From Candidatus Binatia bacterium (GTDB lineage: Bacteria; Desulfobacterota; Binatia; UBA12015), in assembly GCA_029248525.1 (NCBI GenBank), contig JAQWJE010000014.1:139561-203560 (forward strand): a DNA stretch of 64,000 nt, written 5' to 3'. The notes below the pieces were generated by a model. That model was not told the DNA's origin. It saw only the letters and a list, made by a program, of their open reading frames with translations, and searched no databases. Numbering within the stretch: position 1 is the stretch's first letter; each line of letters begins with the position of its first letter. Made by a program: the position numbers and the translations under genes. Below, piece by piece: positions 1 to 8,982 of the stretch.

Positions 1-75
1 CCCGACAGCAGTTGCGAGGATGTAATGGGAGGATCTACAGTTTCAAAAGCAACTCCGGCGCGCCTCTCGAATGGA

Positions 76-2703
76 TCACTGTTCCAACTCGAAAGGCCCG
101 AGATCGACTCCTCCACCCTGAGGCCGCACAACGTGATCGAAATCCGCCGACGGGGCCGATGCGGCGTTGCCCGTATCGATCAAGTCCGAGGCGCTCCTCA
201 GCAGATGAAAATCCAATGCGTAGGTCTGCACCAGGGCGTCGATATTGGCCGGCGCGAACTCTCCGCTGGTCGCATGCGGATCGGGACGAGCAACGCTGAT
301 ATCGAATACATTCTCAAAAAGGTCCCCCAATGCGTCGGCTTGGGAGAAGGCGATGAACTCGTTGTCCTGCGCCGTCCCGAACTGCGACAAACCCACTACG
401 TAGTTGTTGGTGGTGAGCACGTTGGAAGCATTGCCGTTGTTTTTCAGTCCGTAGTCATTGCCGTCTCGCGCCCATATGACGTTGTTGGCAATCAACAGAT
501 CGTCGGCGGTATTCACCGTCATGCCGGTATAATTCGATGTGCCCGGGTAGGCACCGTTTTGAAAAACCAGATTATTGACCAGTTCGCCCCGATCGGTCTT
601 GTGGTACACCACCCCGCCAAAACCGTTATTAAACGCGATATTGTTCTCGAATCGCATACGACCGTATTGGTAGGTGGTGTTGTTTCGGGTCACGTAGAGC
701 CCTTGGCCGTCGATAATGCCGCCAGTGTAATAATCGCAGTTGCCATACGCGTCTGCGGTGCTGCTCTCCAAAGGCGAACTGCAGAACTCCATGAAGTTCC
801 AATTATTGTATACGACGTTCCCCGAATACAGGAATTTGACCGCATCTTCGGTGTCGATACTCAGCGCTGTGGCAATGACGATCGCACTCTCCGCGCTGGT
901 CGACCACCATGTTGTGTTGGAAACGGTATTTCCCTGCACGAGGATGTAGTCCGCCTTGTTGAATCGGATGCCCGAAGCTGGCGTGTGGTGAACGTCACAG
1001 TTTTCGATCACAATATGGTGCACCGGCCCCCAGCTATAGATACCGCGGCCCGTATAGAAGTTCTCCTTGGACCAACGGTGCTCGTGGGCCCATTCGTATT
1101 TGATTTCCTGGTTTGGCCCCTGGATTTCGAGGCCTTCGATCCGAACGTAGTTGGCCCCACTGCCGATTTGAATGCCGCCAAGCCCGTCGAATTGCAGCAG
1201 CGGACGAACATCGTTTCCATCCGGATAGGCCGCGATCGTGATCCAGTTGTCGGCGGTTCCCGATGCCGTCAGCCGCGCCACCAGTCCGTTGTTGACGCTC
1301 ACATTCCCGTCAATCCCATGCGCCTCCGCGAAGCCCGTATTCCTGTAGACTCCATCCTTGATGTAAAGCGTGTCCCCGGCCGTGAGCTGGGAAACCGCGT
1401 AGCCTATCGTCGCGAAGGGTGACGCCTCGTCGCCAAGATTACCGTCATCACCGTTTCCATCGACAAAGTAGACCGCACCGAGCGAGGGGCCGTACTCCAC
1501 AACGCTCAGCGTCGCGGAATCGCCATCGACCTCAAAACCGGAAGCCGCCTCCAGAGAAAAGACGATACTCTCCTCCCCCTCCAATGCCGGAGTCCTCAGG
1601 GGATCGACCTCGATATCCACGCTTTGTACACCGGCAGGAATGATCAGAGGGTTGGTCAGGAGCGTTCCGCCCGCAAGCAGTTCGTAGTCGACGCCGATCC
1701 CGGCGCTGCCACCCAGCGTGAACGTAATCTCGGTATCACGCGGCTGCACCGCCGAAAGCGAGACACGCAAAAGACCCGACTCGAGCCCGCCCTCATGGAG
1801 ACTGGCGTCGACGGCGACCACCGAGGCGGACAAGATAGAGCACCTGCCCACTTGACCGAGCGCCGCCGCCCCCGCCCCGCAGGTCGGGCAGCTATCGTTC
1901 GCAGCCCCATCGTCAAAAACCTCGCAGTCCGCCTGCAGGCCGTGAGCCTCGTTCGCAGAGAGACAGAGCTGACAGCGAGATCCGGCGCTCAGGCAACTGA
2001 CGAGGTCCGACGACCGGCTGCACAATCCCGGGAACAGTATCTCCGTCTCGAAACCGAGGCATTTCCTGTCGAGAACTTTGCGGACCTTTGCCTCCAACTT
2101 GGCGAGCTTCAATCTGGGATCGTCAACCACTGCCTGCAGGCACTCCGACTCGATATCGCCAACATCGGAGAGCGTACCGGCCTTCAACTCATTCTTGAGG
2201 CACGTACCGAAAAGCTTGGCCGTCGCAGCAGAAAGCTTCTGTGCCATCCGCAGGACGAGGTGCTGACATTTGCCCTCCTCATCGGCCCGCAAGGATCCCG
2301 CCAGATCGGAGCCGAAGAGCTCGAGAATCAGATTGCGGCCCAGTCGCGTCGCGGCCTGATTGATCTCATCTCCGGTGGCGACACCGAACGTGGGCACGAC
2401 CGGGCAAGTTTCCACCTCGGTCTCGAGAGTTTTCCGAGTGGCCTTGGCAATCTTGCCCCTGTTGTCCCTCACCGCACAGCCCAGAGGGTCCAGTTCAACG
2501 CCCTTGATCGCCGACGAAACACATTTCGCGAGTTCACCGGCCACGGTATGGCTGACCTTCTGCCCGTCCCGAACCAGTCCATTAATGCACTTCTGGGCCG
2601 CCTTGTCGGGTGCGGTCGCCCACGACCGAGCAGGCGCGCTCAGGATCAATACAAGGAAGAGCAGGACAATTGTGGCAGGATCGAGGCGGTTGGCTTGAAA
2701 CAT
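76..2703 (-). CDS. Secreted right-handed parallel beta-helix (pectate-lyase-fold/NosD-like) protein; N-terminal signal peptide and a ~250-aa cysteine-rich (Myxococcus-type Cys repeat) region
   Basis: 875-aa ORF. The N-terminus MFQANRLDPATIVLLFLVLILSAPARSWA looks like a signal peptide. Many regularly spaced Cys residues follow (C..LG.E..FPG.C pattern). The C-terminal half has parallel beta-helix repeat signatures (GNVVYNNWNF, NNIAFNNGFGG, NNLVFQNG, IANNVIW, NNYVVG). Confidence 0.6.
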   Translation of the reverse strand: MFQANRLDPATIVLLFLVLILSAPARSWATAPDKAAQKCINGLVRDGQKVSHTVAGELAKCVSSAIKGVELDPLGCAVRDNRGKIAKATRKTLETEVETCPVVPTFGVATGDEINQAATRLGRNLILELFGSDLAGSLRADEEGKCQHLVLRMAQKLSAATAKLFGTCLKNELKAGTLSDVGDIESECLQAVVDDPRLKLAKLEAKVRKVLDRKCLGFETEILFPGLCSRSSDLVSCLSAGSRCQLCLSANEAHGLQADCEVFDDGAANDSCPTCGAGAAALGQVGRCSILSASVVAVDASLHEGGLESGLLRVSLSAVQPRDTEITFTLGGSAGIGVDYELLAGGTLLTNPLIIPAGVQSVDIEVDPLRTPALEGEESIVFSLEAASGFEVDGDSATLSVVEYGPSLGAVYFVDGNGDDGNLGDEASPFATIGYAVSQLTAGDTLYIKDGVYRNTGFAEAHGIDGNVSVNNGLVARLTASGTADNWITIAAYPDGNDVRPLLQFDGLGGIQIGSGANYVRIEGLEIQGPNQEIKYEWAHEHRWSKENFYTGRGIYSWGPVHHIVIENCDVHHTPASGIRFNKADYILVQGNTVSNTTWWSTSAESAIVIATALSIDTEDAVKFLYSGNVVYNNWNFMEFCSSPLESSTADAYGNCDYYTGGIIDGQGLYVTRNNTTYQYGRMRFENNIAFNNGFGGVVYHKTDRGELVNNLVFQNGAYPGTSNYTGMTVNTADDLLIANNVIWARDGNDYGLKNNGNASNVLTTNNYVVGLSQFGTAQDNEFIAFSQADALGDLFENVFDISVARPDPHATSGEFAPANIDALVQTYALDFHLLRSASDLIDTGNAASAPSADFDHVVRPQGGGVDLGPFELEQ

Positions 2704-2934
2704 CGAGGGACTCCTCAGGTCTATTCAGAAGACCGGACATCCTGAGTGTTCCAGATGAAACACCCGAGGTCCATATCGCCAATCACCGTTTCGGATCCGG
2801 AGCCTTGGGTCCGATGCCCGCACCCTGAGAAACCCGAACTCCCGGAGCACCTGAAGCACCGTGCCGGCCTGCAGGCCAGTTGATCCCGTGGGTACCGCTC
2901 CAACCCCTTGGTTACGGGCGACCCCCAGGCGGAG

Positions 2935-2968
2935 CGGGGCTGAGAGGATCAGGATCCCCTCAGCCCCG
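2935..2968 (-). terminator. GC-rich hairpin (11-bp perfect stem gcggggctgag/ctcagccccgc, 9-nt loop) downstream of the CBM2 gene; possible terminator, no U-tract
   Basis: Inverted repeat read directly from the sequence. It lies 40-75 bp past the stop of the minus-strand gene ending at 3010. Confidence 0.35.
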
Positions 2969-3009
2969 CCAAATGCTCTACTTGAGCGGTTGAAGCCCTC
3001 CGGCAGAGG

Positions 3010-4383
3010 CTAGGGTGCCAGGGGCGTGGAGGAAGATTCCAGATTGAACCCGACAGGATCCCCAAGAGAAACCATACTCTGGAAATACTCGATCACTCCG
3101 GAGTCCGAGACATCCAGCGCCGGCCACTGTGGCCAATCAAAGGTGTCGTTCATGAACGGCTCCATCTGATCCCAACCGAGCACCGTCAGGTGGTTCACGT
3201 CGTGATTGATCGCCACCCCTTCCAATGATCGGAAGCCATGGGTCCGCCCATGCATCCATCCTCCATAATGCGGCTCCATCTTCAGCGTATGGATGAAGGT
3301 ATCCACGATCTCGTACTCCTCCAGGTACGCCGCGTAGCCCGCGTGACCATAGGACTCGACCATCTCCATCACTTGAGCTCTCATCGCTTCCTGGTTGGCA
3401 ACGGTGCGCGCCGTGCGTTGGATATCCGCAAGGATTTGCGGATCGTACCGCTCGTCCGCAATCCATCCAACCTTGGCACCCTGCATTGCGTACCAGAGTC
3501 CCACACCGAGCAGATCATTGCCCCAGGCCTGACTGTTATTGGTCAGAGATTCCGCGAACGCCCACGTGCCGACATCCTCGATTGCTGCGGCGGGAAGACC
3601 GAAGAAGGCTCGCAGGTGATTGTAGGCCTCAACCGCTTCGGTCGTGATCGCCGTGCGACCGCCCACCAACTCATCATGTTCGGAGTTGTGGTTCGAGCCG
3701 TGGAAAGTGCCCCAGGTGGTTATATCCACGTAGTCACCGGTGCTGGCCGGCGGAGGCATATGGTCATGTCCGCCGTCATCGTGGCCATCGTGACCGTCCG
3801 GCTCCGCAGGGTCAGCTGGCGGCGAATTCGTCGGCGACGGCGTTGGCGACCAGGGTGTCGGTGTCGGAGAGGCCGGTGATGGTGTCGGCTCTACTGTCGG
3901 CGCCGGAGGAGGTGTGCTGGACGGCTCGCCGGGCGGGAGCGCGTCAGAGTCCGGCCCCGGAGCGGTATTGGCCGAGCATGCTCTGCCGTTCAATCTAAAG
4001 GCCGCCGGGTCCAGCGGCGGATCGCCTTCGTAATCGGCGTAGAATCCGAAGCTGACGGAATCTCCGGCAGGTATCACTCGGTTCCATCCGACATTCTTGA
4101 CGCGAAATCCCGATGCGTCTTCCTGAATGATGCCGTCCCATAACTCCACAATCTCCTGTCGTTCCGGAACTTCGAATGCGAAGTGCCATCCGTTTTCGAG
4201 ATCGAGGTCGCGCTCACCTTCGTTGTAAATCTCCACGTTTGCAATGAAGCCGCCGGTCCATGCCTGAGTCACTTCGTACTCCACATGACACGGTCGTTGT
4301 GTTTTGCAGGCTGAGCCAAATGCAAAGCACAGAGCGATCATTCCATAACGAGAGAAAGAGCTTCCGTGTTTTTCTTGCCACAT
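3010..4383 (-). CDS. Secreted multidomain protein: signal peptide, N-terminal CBM2-like carbohydrate-binding module, Pro/Thr/Ser-rich linker, His/Asp-rich stretch, C-terminal ~280-aa domain of unknown function
   Basis: The start was moved to the internal Met (MWQEKHGSSFSRYGMIALCFAFGSA), which gives a signal peptide. The N-terminal ~100 aa have a CBM2-like Trp/Gly pattern (TQAWTGGF..V.I.N, WN..IPAGDSVSFGF). The linker is PTVEPTPSPASPTPTPWSPTPSPT, followed by HDGHDDGGHDHM. Confidence 0.55.
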   Translation of the reverse strand: MWQEKHGSSFSRYGMIALCFAFGSACKTQRPCHVEYEVTQAWTGGFIANVEIYNEGERDLDLENGWHFAFEVPERQEIVELWDGIIQEDASGFRVKNVGWNRVIPAGDSVSFGFYADYEGDPPLDPAAFRLNGRACSANTAPGPDSDALPPGEPSSTPPPAPTVEPTPSPASPTPTPWSPTPSPTNSPPADPAEPDGHDGHDDGGHDHMPPPASTGDYVDITTWGTFHGSNHNSEHDELVGGRTAITTEAVEAYNHLRAFFGLPAAAIEDVGTWAFAESLTNNSQAWGNDLLGVGLWYAMQGAKVGWIADERYDPQILADIQRTARTVANQEAMRAQVMEMVESYGHAGYAAYLEEYEIVDTFIHTLKMEPHYGGWMHGRTHGFRSLEGVAINHDVNHLTVLGWDQMEPFMNDTFDWPQWPALDVSDSGVIEYFQSMVSLGDPVGFNLESSSTPLAP

Positions 4384-4968
4384 ATCAAATCCCCTTATCG
4401 TTGGTTGTTCCGTGTCCGCTGAGAACATGGGGAAGCAGCGCTGGAATCGGTACAGCGGAAACACCATTCGAGCCGATTTTCGCGCTTAAGAAAAGATGCC
4501 GGAATCCCCTACGCAACGCGCAATCGAGATGCGAGGTCATTTGAAGTGGGCGTTGGGCAGGCAGGCCGAAAACCCCTGGGCATCAAGCTCTGCGGAGAGA
4601 CGTCCTGACAGGAGAAACTTTGCGTATCGGTGCGCACAAAAAATTCACGGAAACTCAGCGCATGCGATGGACCGACTTCGGAATACTCTACGAAGAGTCT
4701 CGCCGAGCCGCCCCCTCGAGGGTCCAGCCGCGCGCCCCGACATGAAAACTTCAACTCTCCGCAGCAGACGCAGAATCATAAAACGAAGTCGTCGGAAGAT
4801 CCGCCAAAAGTGAGAAGGCTGATTGCGGAACGAGAGCGAACAGTATTTCACACCCCGCGGGATGAAGCCGGACAGATTTCGGTCGATAGCGTGAGATCCA
4901 TGAAGCTGCCGTTGCCGCGGCATCAAATGCCTGCCCGTCAAGCTGGCACTGCAGCCCGCTCGCAGTCG

Positions 4969-5973
4969 CTATGCAACCCCGGTTGTGGCCTGAATCTCCG
5001 CAACGGACTCCCGCAATGCCTGCTCAAGAGGTCGATATTCCATGCCGAGTTCGCGCACAGCTCGGCTGCCATCAAAAAGCAGCGAGCCCGCCTGGGTAGT
5101 CTTGAGGATGTCCACCGGGAGCGCAGGACGTTGACCGGTGATCGATGCAAGCCATTCGAGGGCATACGCTACCGGAAGCAGAAGAGCTTCGGGGAGGTTG
5201 AGCGATGGTGCCGAAACCCCGGCAAGTCGCCCGATGATTTCGAAATACTCACGCGTCGTTGCCCGCTCCGTGCCCACCAGGTAAGCACGCCCCGTCGATT
5301 CATCCGAAAACAGGGCCCGCACGATTGCTTCGGCCGCATCCCGAACATGAACGTAGGTATAAACAGTATCGGCCCCGACCAGTGCAGGCAGATTCCCCGT
5401 CACGGCGCGCCCGACCTCCATTGTAGGTCGAGGGTCACCCGCGCCGATCACAGCCGCGAGGTGGACGACTGTAAGCGGAAGTTGCTGCTCGCGGTAGAGA
5501 TCCCAAGCCGCTCGATCACCAAGGTGCTTACTGCGGGCATAGTCACTCGGATGAGGACCCGCTGGTTCGTCCTCGTCAAAAGGAATCCTTGCGGGCACGC
5601 CGAAGGCTAGCGGCGTGCTGACTTGTACTGCCTTTCCCACCCCGGCCCGCACAGCTGCACGAAAGACATTCTCGGCACCTCGCTGGTTGAGGTCGTAATA
5701 CGCCACACGGCTCGGGCTCCAAAAGTCGCGGTTTCCGGCAAGGTTGATGACACCCCAGACACCGTCGAGCAATTGCTCAAGGCCGGCGGATGTGACGACG
5801 TCGCCCTCGACATAGCGGACTCGTCCATCGGCTTCTCCGCCCTCGGCCGCATCCCGCGCCGACCGACTCAAGCAGCGAAGCTCGATGTCGGGCTCGCTCA
5901 GCAAGCGCTCGACCACGTGGCGCCCAACAAATCCGGTGGCCCCGGTAATCGCGACAATACGTTTATCCGACAT
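4969..5973 (-). CDS. NAD(P)-dependent epimerase/dehydratase family protein (extended SDR)
   Basis: N-terminal Rossmann motif VAITGATGFVGRHVVERLL. 334 aa. Confidence 0.7.
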   Translation of the reverse strand: MSDKRIVAITGATGFVGRHVVERLLSEPDIELRCLSRSARDAAEGGEADGRVRYVEGDVVTSAGLEQLLDGVWGVINLAGNRDFWSPSRVAYYDLNQRGAENVFRAAVRAGVGKAVQVSTPLAFGVPARIPFDEDEPAGPHPSDYARSKHLGDRAAWDLYREQQLPLTVVHLAAVIGAGDPRPTMEVGRAVTGNLPALVGADTVYTYVHVRDAAEAIVRALFSDESTGRAYLVGTERATTREYFEIIGRLAGVSAPSLNLPEALLLPVAYALEWLASITGQRPALPVDILKTTQAGSLLFDGSRAVRELGMEYRPLEQALRESVAEIQATTGVA

Positions 5974-6161
5974 CGACCTTATTAAAGCTCGCTTTGCGCC
6001 TTCTGCAACCTCGCCTGTCGCGATCGAGCGGCGACCCGGCGATCAGCCACACGTCAAAGGGCCATCTCGACAAGAGTCATTTCGAAACCTTGATGAACCT
6101 GCACTGCGGTCCGCATCGGCCTGGATGGAACGTCCACGATTCCCGTGCAAGCGAGCCTGCG

Positions 6162-7235
6162 TCAGGCACCTCGACAGAAGTCAGCGATGCTGCGTGCCGT
6201 TTCACGGCTGATTTCGGGGCAAAGAATAGGCATCGTGTCAGACCCGTGAGCGGTACCCATCAATTGGCGACATTGGGCGGGCACGCCGGCTTCGAGAAGA
6301 AGTCGATAGAATGCGATACCCTCGTCGCGCAGCGGGTCACATTCGTTCACGCTGATCACAGTTGGCGGCAGACCTTTGAGATCTTCGGCCTTCGCGAAAC
6401 CGGGCCACGCCAGCGGGTTCCTCTTCTCGAGTTCTTCGATTCCATACGACATCGCCCCCTGATTATTATGAAGGTCCAACAGGATGCCGTTGTTCTCGGT
6501 TGACGATGGATTCTCCGGCAGCGGCCATATCCCGGCGATATAAGGACAGAGCGCGTATAGTCCGGCGATCAAAGCCGTATTGCCGTCCTCAAGCAGTCGC
6601 ATCCCTGTCGCCAGAGTTAAATTCCCACCACCGCTCTCTCCGGCCACTATGATCCGCGCTGGATCGATACCGAGACTTTGGTGTTCCTCGGCTACCCAGG
6701 AAAGACCCGAGACACAGTCGTTCAAGCCCGCCGGGAAGGGTGCGACTTCCGGAGCCGACGAAGGCAACACCGAGTTGCGAAAGTCGACCATGGCCACCGC
6801 CACTCTTTGCTGGGCCATCATCCGGCCCCAAGCCCGATAGTTCCCGTCAAAGCAAGACATCATCATCATGCCTCCCCCATGGATATAGTAGACGCAGGGA
6901 ACAACCGCGTCATCGTCGGGCCGGATGAACTGGATCTTGATCTGATTCCCATCCGGTTGCGAGGTGAATTCGAGCGTTTCGATCCGGAGCCCCGACGAGG
7001 GCGAAATCTCCTCGGTATCGCACATCGCCGCGAAGGTCTCGAAAGCCTTGCGAGCCTCCTGAGATTCAGGAGTCGCCTGGTCCGCCAGCAACGCTTCTCG
7101 ACTATCGACGTCCCGCATCTCGGGGTCTGGAAATAGAGCAAGCATGGTCCTGATACGTGGATCCATGCGCCGATCGGTCTTGATATCAAATTTGGGCAAG
7201 AGAGGGCTCCTTGAGTTCTGGGCAGGCCGCATCAT
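6162..7235 (-). CDS. Alpha/beta hydrolase fold-3 esterase/lipase (HSL family)
   Basis: HGGG oxyanion-hole motif (YYIHGGGMMM) and nucleophile elbow GESGGG. 357 aa. Confidence 0.7.
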   Translation of the reverse strand: MMRPAQNSRSPLLPKFDIKTDRRMDPRIRTMLALFPDPEMRDVDSREALLADQATPESQEARKAFETFAAMCDTEEISPSSGLRIETLEFTSQPDGNQIKIQFIRPDDDAVVPCVYYIHGGGMMMMSCFDGNYRAWGRMMAQQRVAVAMVDFRNSVLPSSAPEVAPFPAGLNDCVSGLSWVAEEHQSLGIDPARIIVAGESGGGNLTLATGMRLLEDGNTALIAGLYALCPYIAGIWPLPENPSSTENNGILLDLHNNQGAMSYGIEELEKRNPLAWPGFAKAEDLKGLPPTVISVNECDPLRDEGIAFYRLLLEAGVPAQCRQLMGTAHGSDTMPILCPEISRETARSIADFCRGA

Positions 7236-7305
7236 GGCCCCCGGTTTTCTTTTTCGCCAAAGCGGATGCCTTGGTCAAATCGAACCCCGGACCGACATTC
7301 AGCCC

Positions 7306-8892
7306 TCAATCATCCTCTGCTCCGGCGAGAATCCATTCTCGCACCTTCGCGACCAGAACCGGCTCAAGCAGGGTCGGTGCGTTCCCCGGCATATGCGCAA
7401 ATTCGGTCCCTTCATCATCGAGGGGCTCACAACGCGAAATCAACCGATAGAGCCAACTCCCGTCGGGATCGCCGGGGGCAATCAGCGGCATCTCGGTTCG
7501 AGCCGTCACGACCGGGGCACCGACCAGCGCGGCCAGATCTCCAGTCTCAAGGTCAAGCCCAGCGGCTGGAGTCACGCTGCCATGGCACGCCGAGTAGTTA
7601 CAAGATGGGGCAAAGATCGTCTCTCTGATACTCGAGAAGGTGGGCGGAGCCTCTGCCGATGCATCGTTCGGGGTGTCTACACATACGGGCCTTGCCGGCA
7701 GGTCGATATCTTCCGGTGCCACTTCGGGAACGTAAAGGTCGGCATTGATCTCGTCTGCTGTGGGCGGACCCTGAGCCGGATTACGCGGAACTGCCAGAAT
7801 CGAGCACGGCCCCGTACCCAAAGGAACACCGCGGTCTTCGCCCGCGCTATCTGTCGTTTCACTGACTTGCAGATCCATCATGATTTCCGTCTCGGCAAGC
7901 CCCAGCATAACGCACATCTCCTGGTCACCGATGCCCCATCCAATGCTCTCGTCTCTGGGGTTGCGAAAGCCGCAGACCACGCGCAAACCAGTCGCATCGC
8001 CGAGATCAAGAGGCGGCTCGAGCGCCAGTCCATTCGCATCACCGTTGAACGTATTCAACTCATGCAGGACACGACCGTCGTTCTCACCACCGACAACTTC
8101 GACTCGAAAATGATTTCCAAGCTCATGCGTGTGCGGCAAGACCCAGTGCAGCTTCATATCGAAGGGCCGATCCGCCGCCCCTGCAAAAGCGCTCGCCATA
8201 TCGCATTCAATGGCATAGCGCTGTTCGCTCTCCGGTGGAATATCGAGAGCGTAATAGCTGAAGCGAAAAGGCGAGAGAATCGCCTCGACGTCGCGAGGAT
8301 GAATCAGTTCGAGCGACATTTGCAGGCCCGTGCGCAGCTCTCGCGCAGAGAGGTTCAGGAAATGCACGCCGGCAACCACCTTGTGGCGAGGGGGAATCTT
8401 CACGACCGCACCGGGCCGAAAACCCTGGACCTCGAAAAGTGATTGCGTCGATTGCGCAAAGATTACCGTGCCAGCGACAGCCGCGCCGATCTCGCTGAAC
8501 TCTCGATCTCCACAATCAAAATAACCGTCGGGCCCGGCGTAGAGGTCGTCGGGAACCACAAACCAATTTGAATGGTGCGAAGCACCCGGGTTGCTGAGAG
8601 TCACAGACTGCACGTAGAGTGCCGATTCGTTGCCAAGCGTCCACGCAACACATTGGGACGCTATTTCTTCCCCCGGGCCGAGAACCAGCTCTCCCAGGAA
8701 ATGTGTCAGTCGCGCAGCCTCGAGATCAGGAGTCGGCTCCGGCATCGGATCGGGCGTTGGCTCCGGTACCGGCGATGCGTCAGGCGTTGGACCCGACGGC
8801 GTATCTCCAACGTTTCCGGTCTCGGTGCCGGACCCACCACATGCAGCGCCGAGAAGCGCCGCGAAAACCATCGTCGGTAAAACCCATCTCAT
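7306..8892 (-). CDS. Secreted protein: PHM/DBH-like two-copper monooxygenase-like domain fused to a C-terminal cytochrome c-like (Planctomycete PSCyt1-type) domain
   Basis: The start was moved to MRWVLPTMVFAALLGAACGG (signal/lipoprotein-like), followed by a Pro-rich linker. Candidate copper ligands are HH (ASHHSNW), H (GVHFLN), HxH (LPHTHELG) and Met (DQEMCVM), spaced about 70/77/72 residues apart. PHM spacing is 64/70/70. The C-terminus SCNYSACHG...GLDLETGDLAALVGAPVV...SWLYRLI...MP...L...V..WILAGA resembles the PSCyt1 consensus. Confidence 0.5.
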   Translation of the reverse strand: MRWVLPTMVFAALLGAACGGSGTETGNVGDTPSGPTPDASPVPEPTPDPMPEPTPDLEAARLTHFLGELVLGPGEEIASQCVAWTLGNESALYVQSVTLSNPGASHHSNWFVVPDDLYAGPDGYFDCGDREFSEIGAAVAGTVIFAQSTQSLFEVQGFRPGAVVKIPPRHKVVAGVHFLNLSARELRTGLQMSLELIHPRDVEAILSPFRFSYYALDIPPESEQRYAIECDMASAFAGAADRPFDMKLHWVLPHTHELGNHFRVEVVGGENDGRVLHELNTFNGDANGLALEPPLDLGDATGLRVVCGFRNPRDESIGWGIGDQEMCVMLGLAETEIMMDLQVSETTDSAGEDRGVPLGTGPCSILAVPRNPAQGPPTADEINADLYVPEVAPEDIDLPARPVCVDTPNDASAEAPPTFSSIRETIFAPSCNYSACHGSVTPAAGLDLETGDLAALVGAPVVTARTEMPLIAPGDPDGSWLYRLISRCEPLDDEGTEFAHMPGNAPTLLEPVLVAKVREWILAGAEDD

Positions 8893-8982
8893 GCTTGATC
8901 CAATCGCAAGAAGTGGGTCGGAGGCAAGCTCTCGCTCAAAAGAATCTACCAAACTCAAGCTGGAGGCCGGTTGCGCCTCTCC

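Noticed and set aside
8830-8880. The CX4CH spacing in the Cu-monooxygenase fusion could be read as a canonical heme c site.
   Set aside because: The spacing is five residues (C-N-Y-S-A-C-H), not the canonical CXXCH. I kept it only as a cytochrome-like domain by overall PSCyt1 resemblance and did not assert covalent heme binding.
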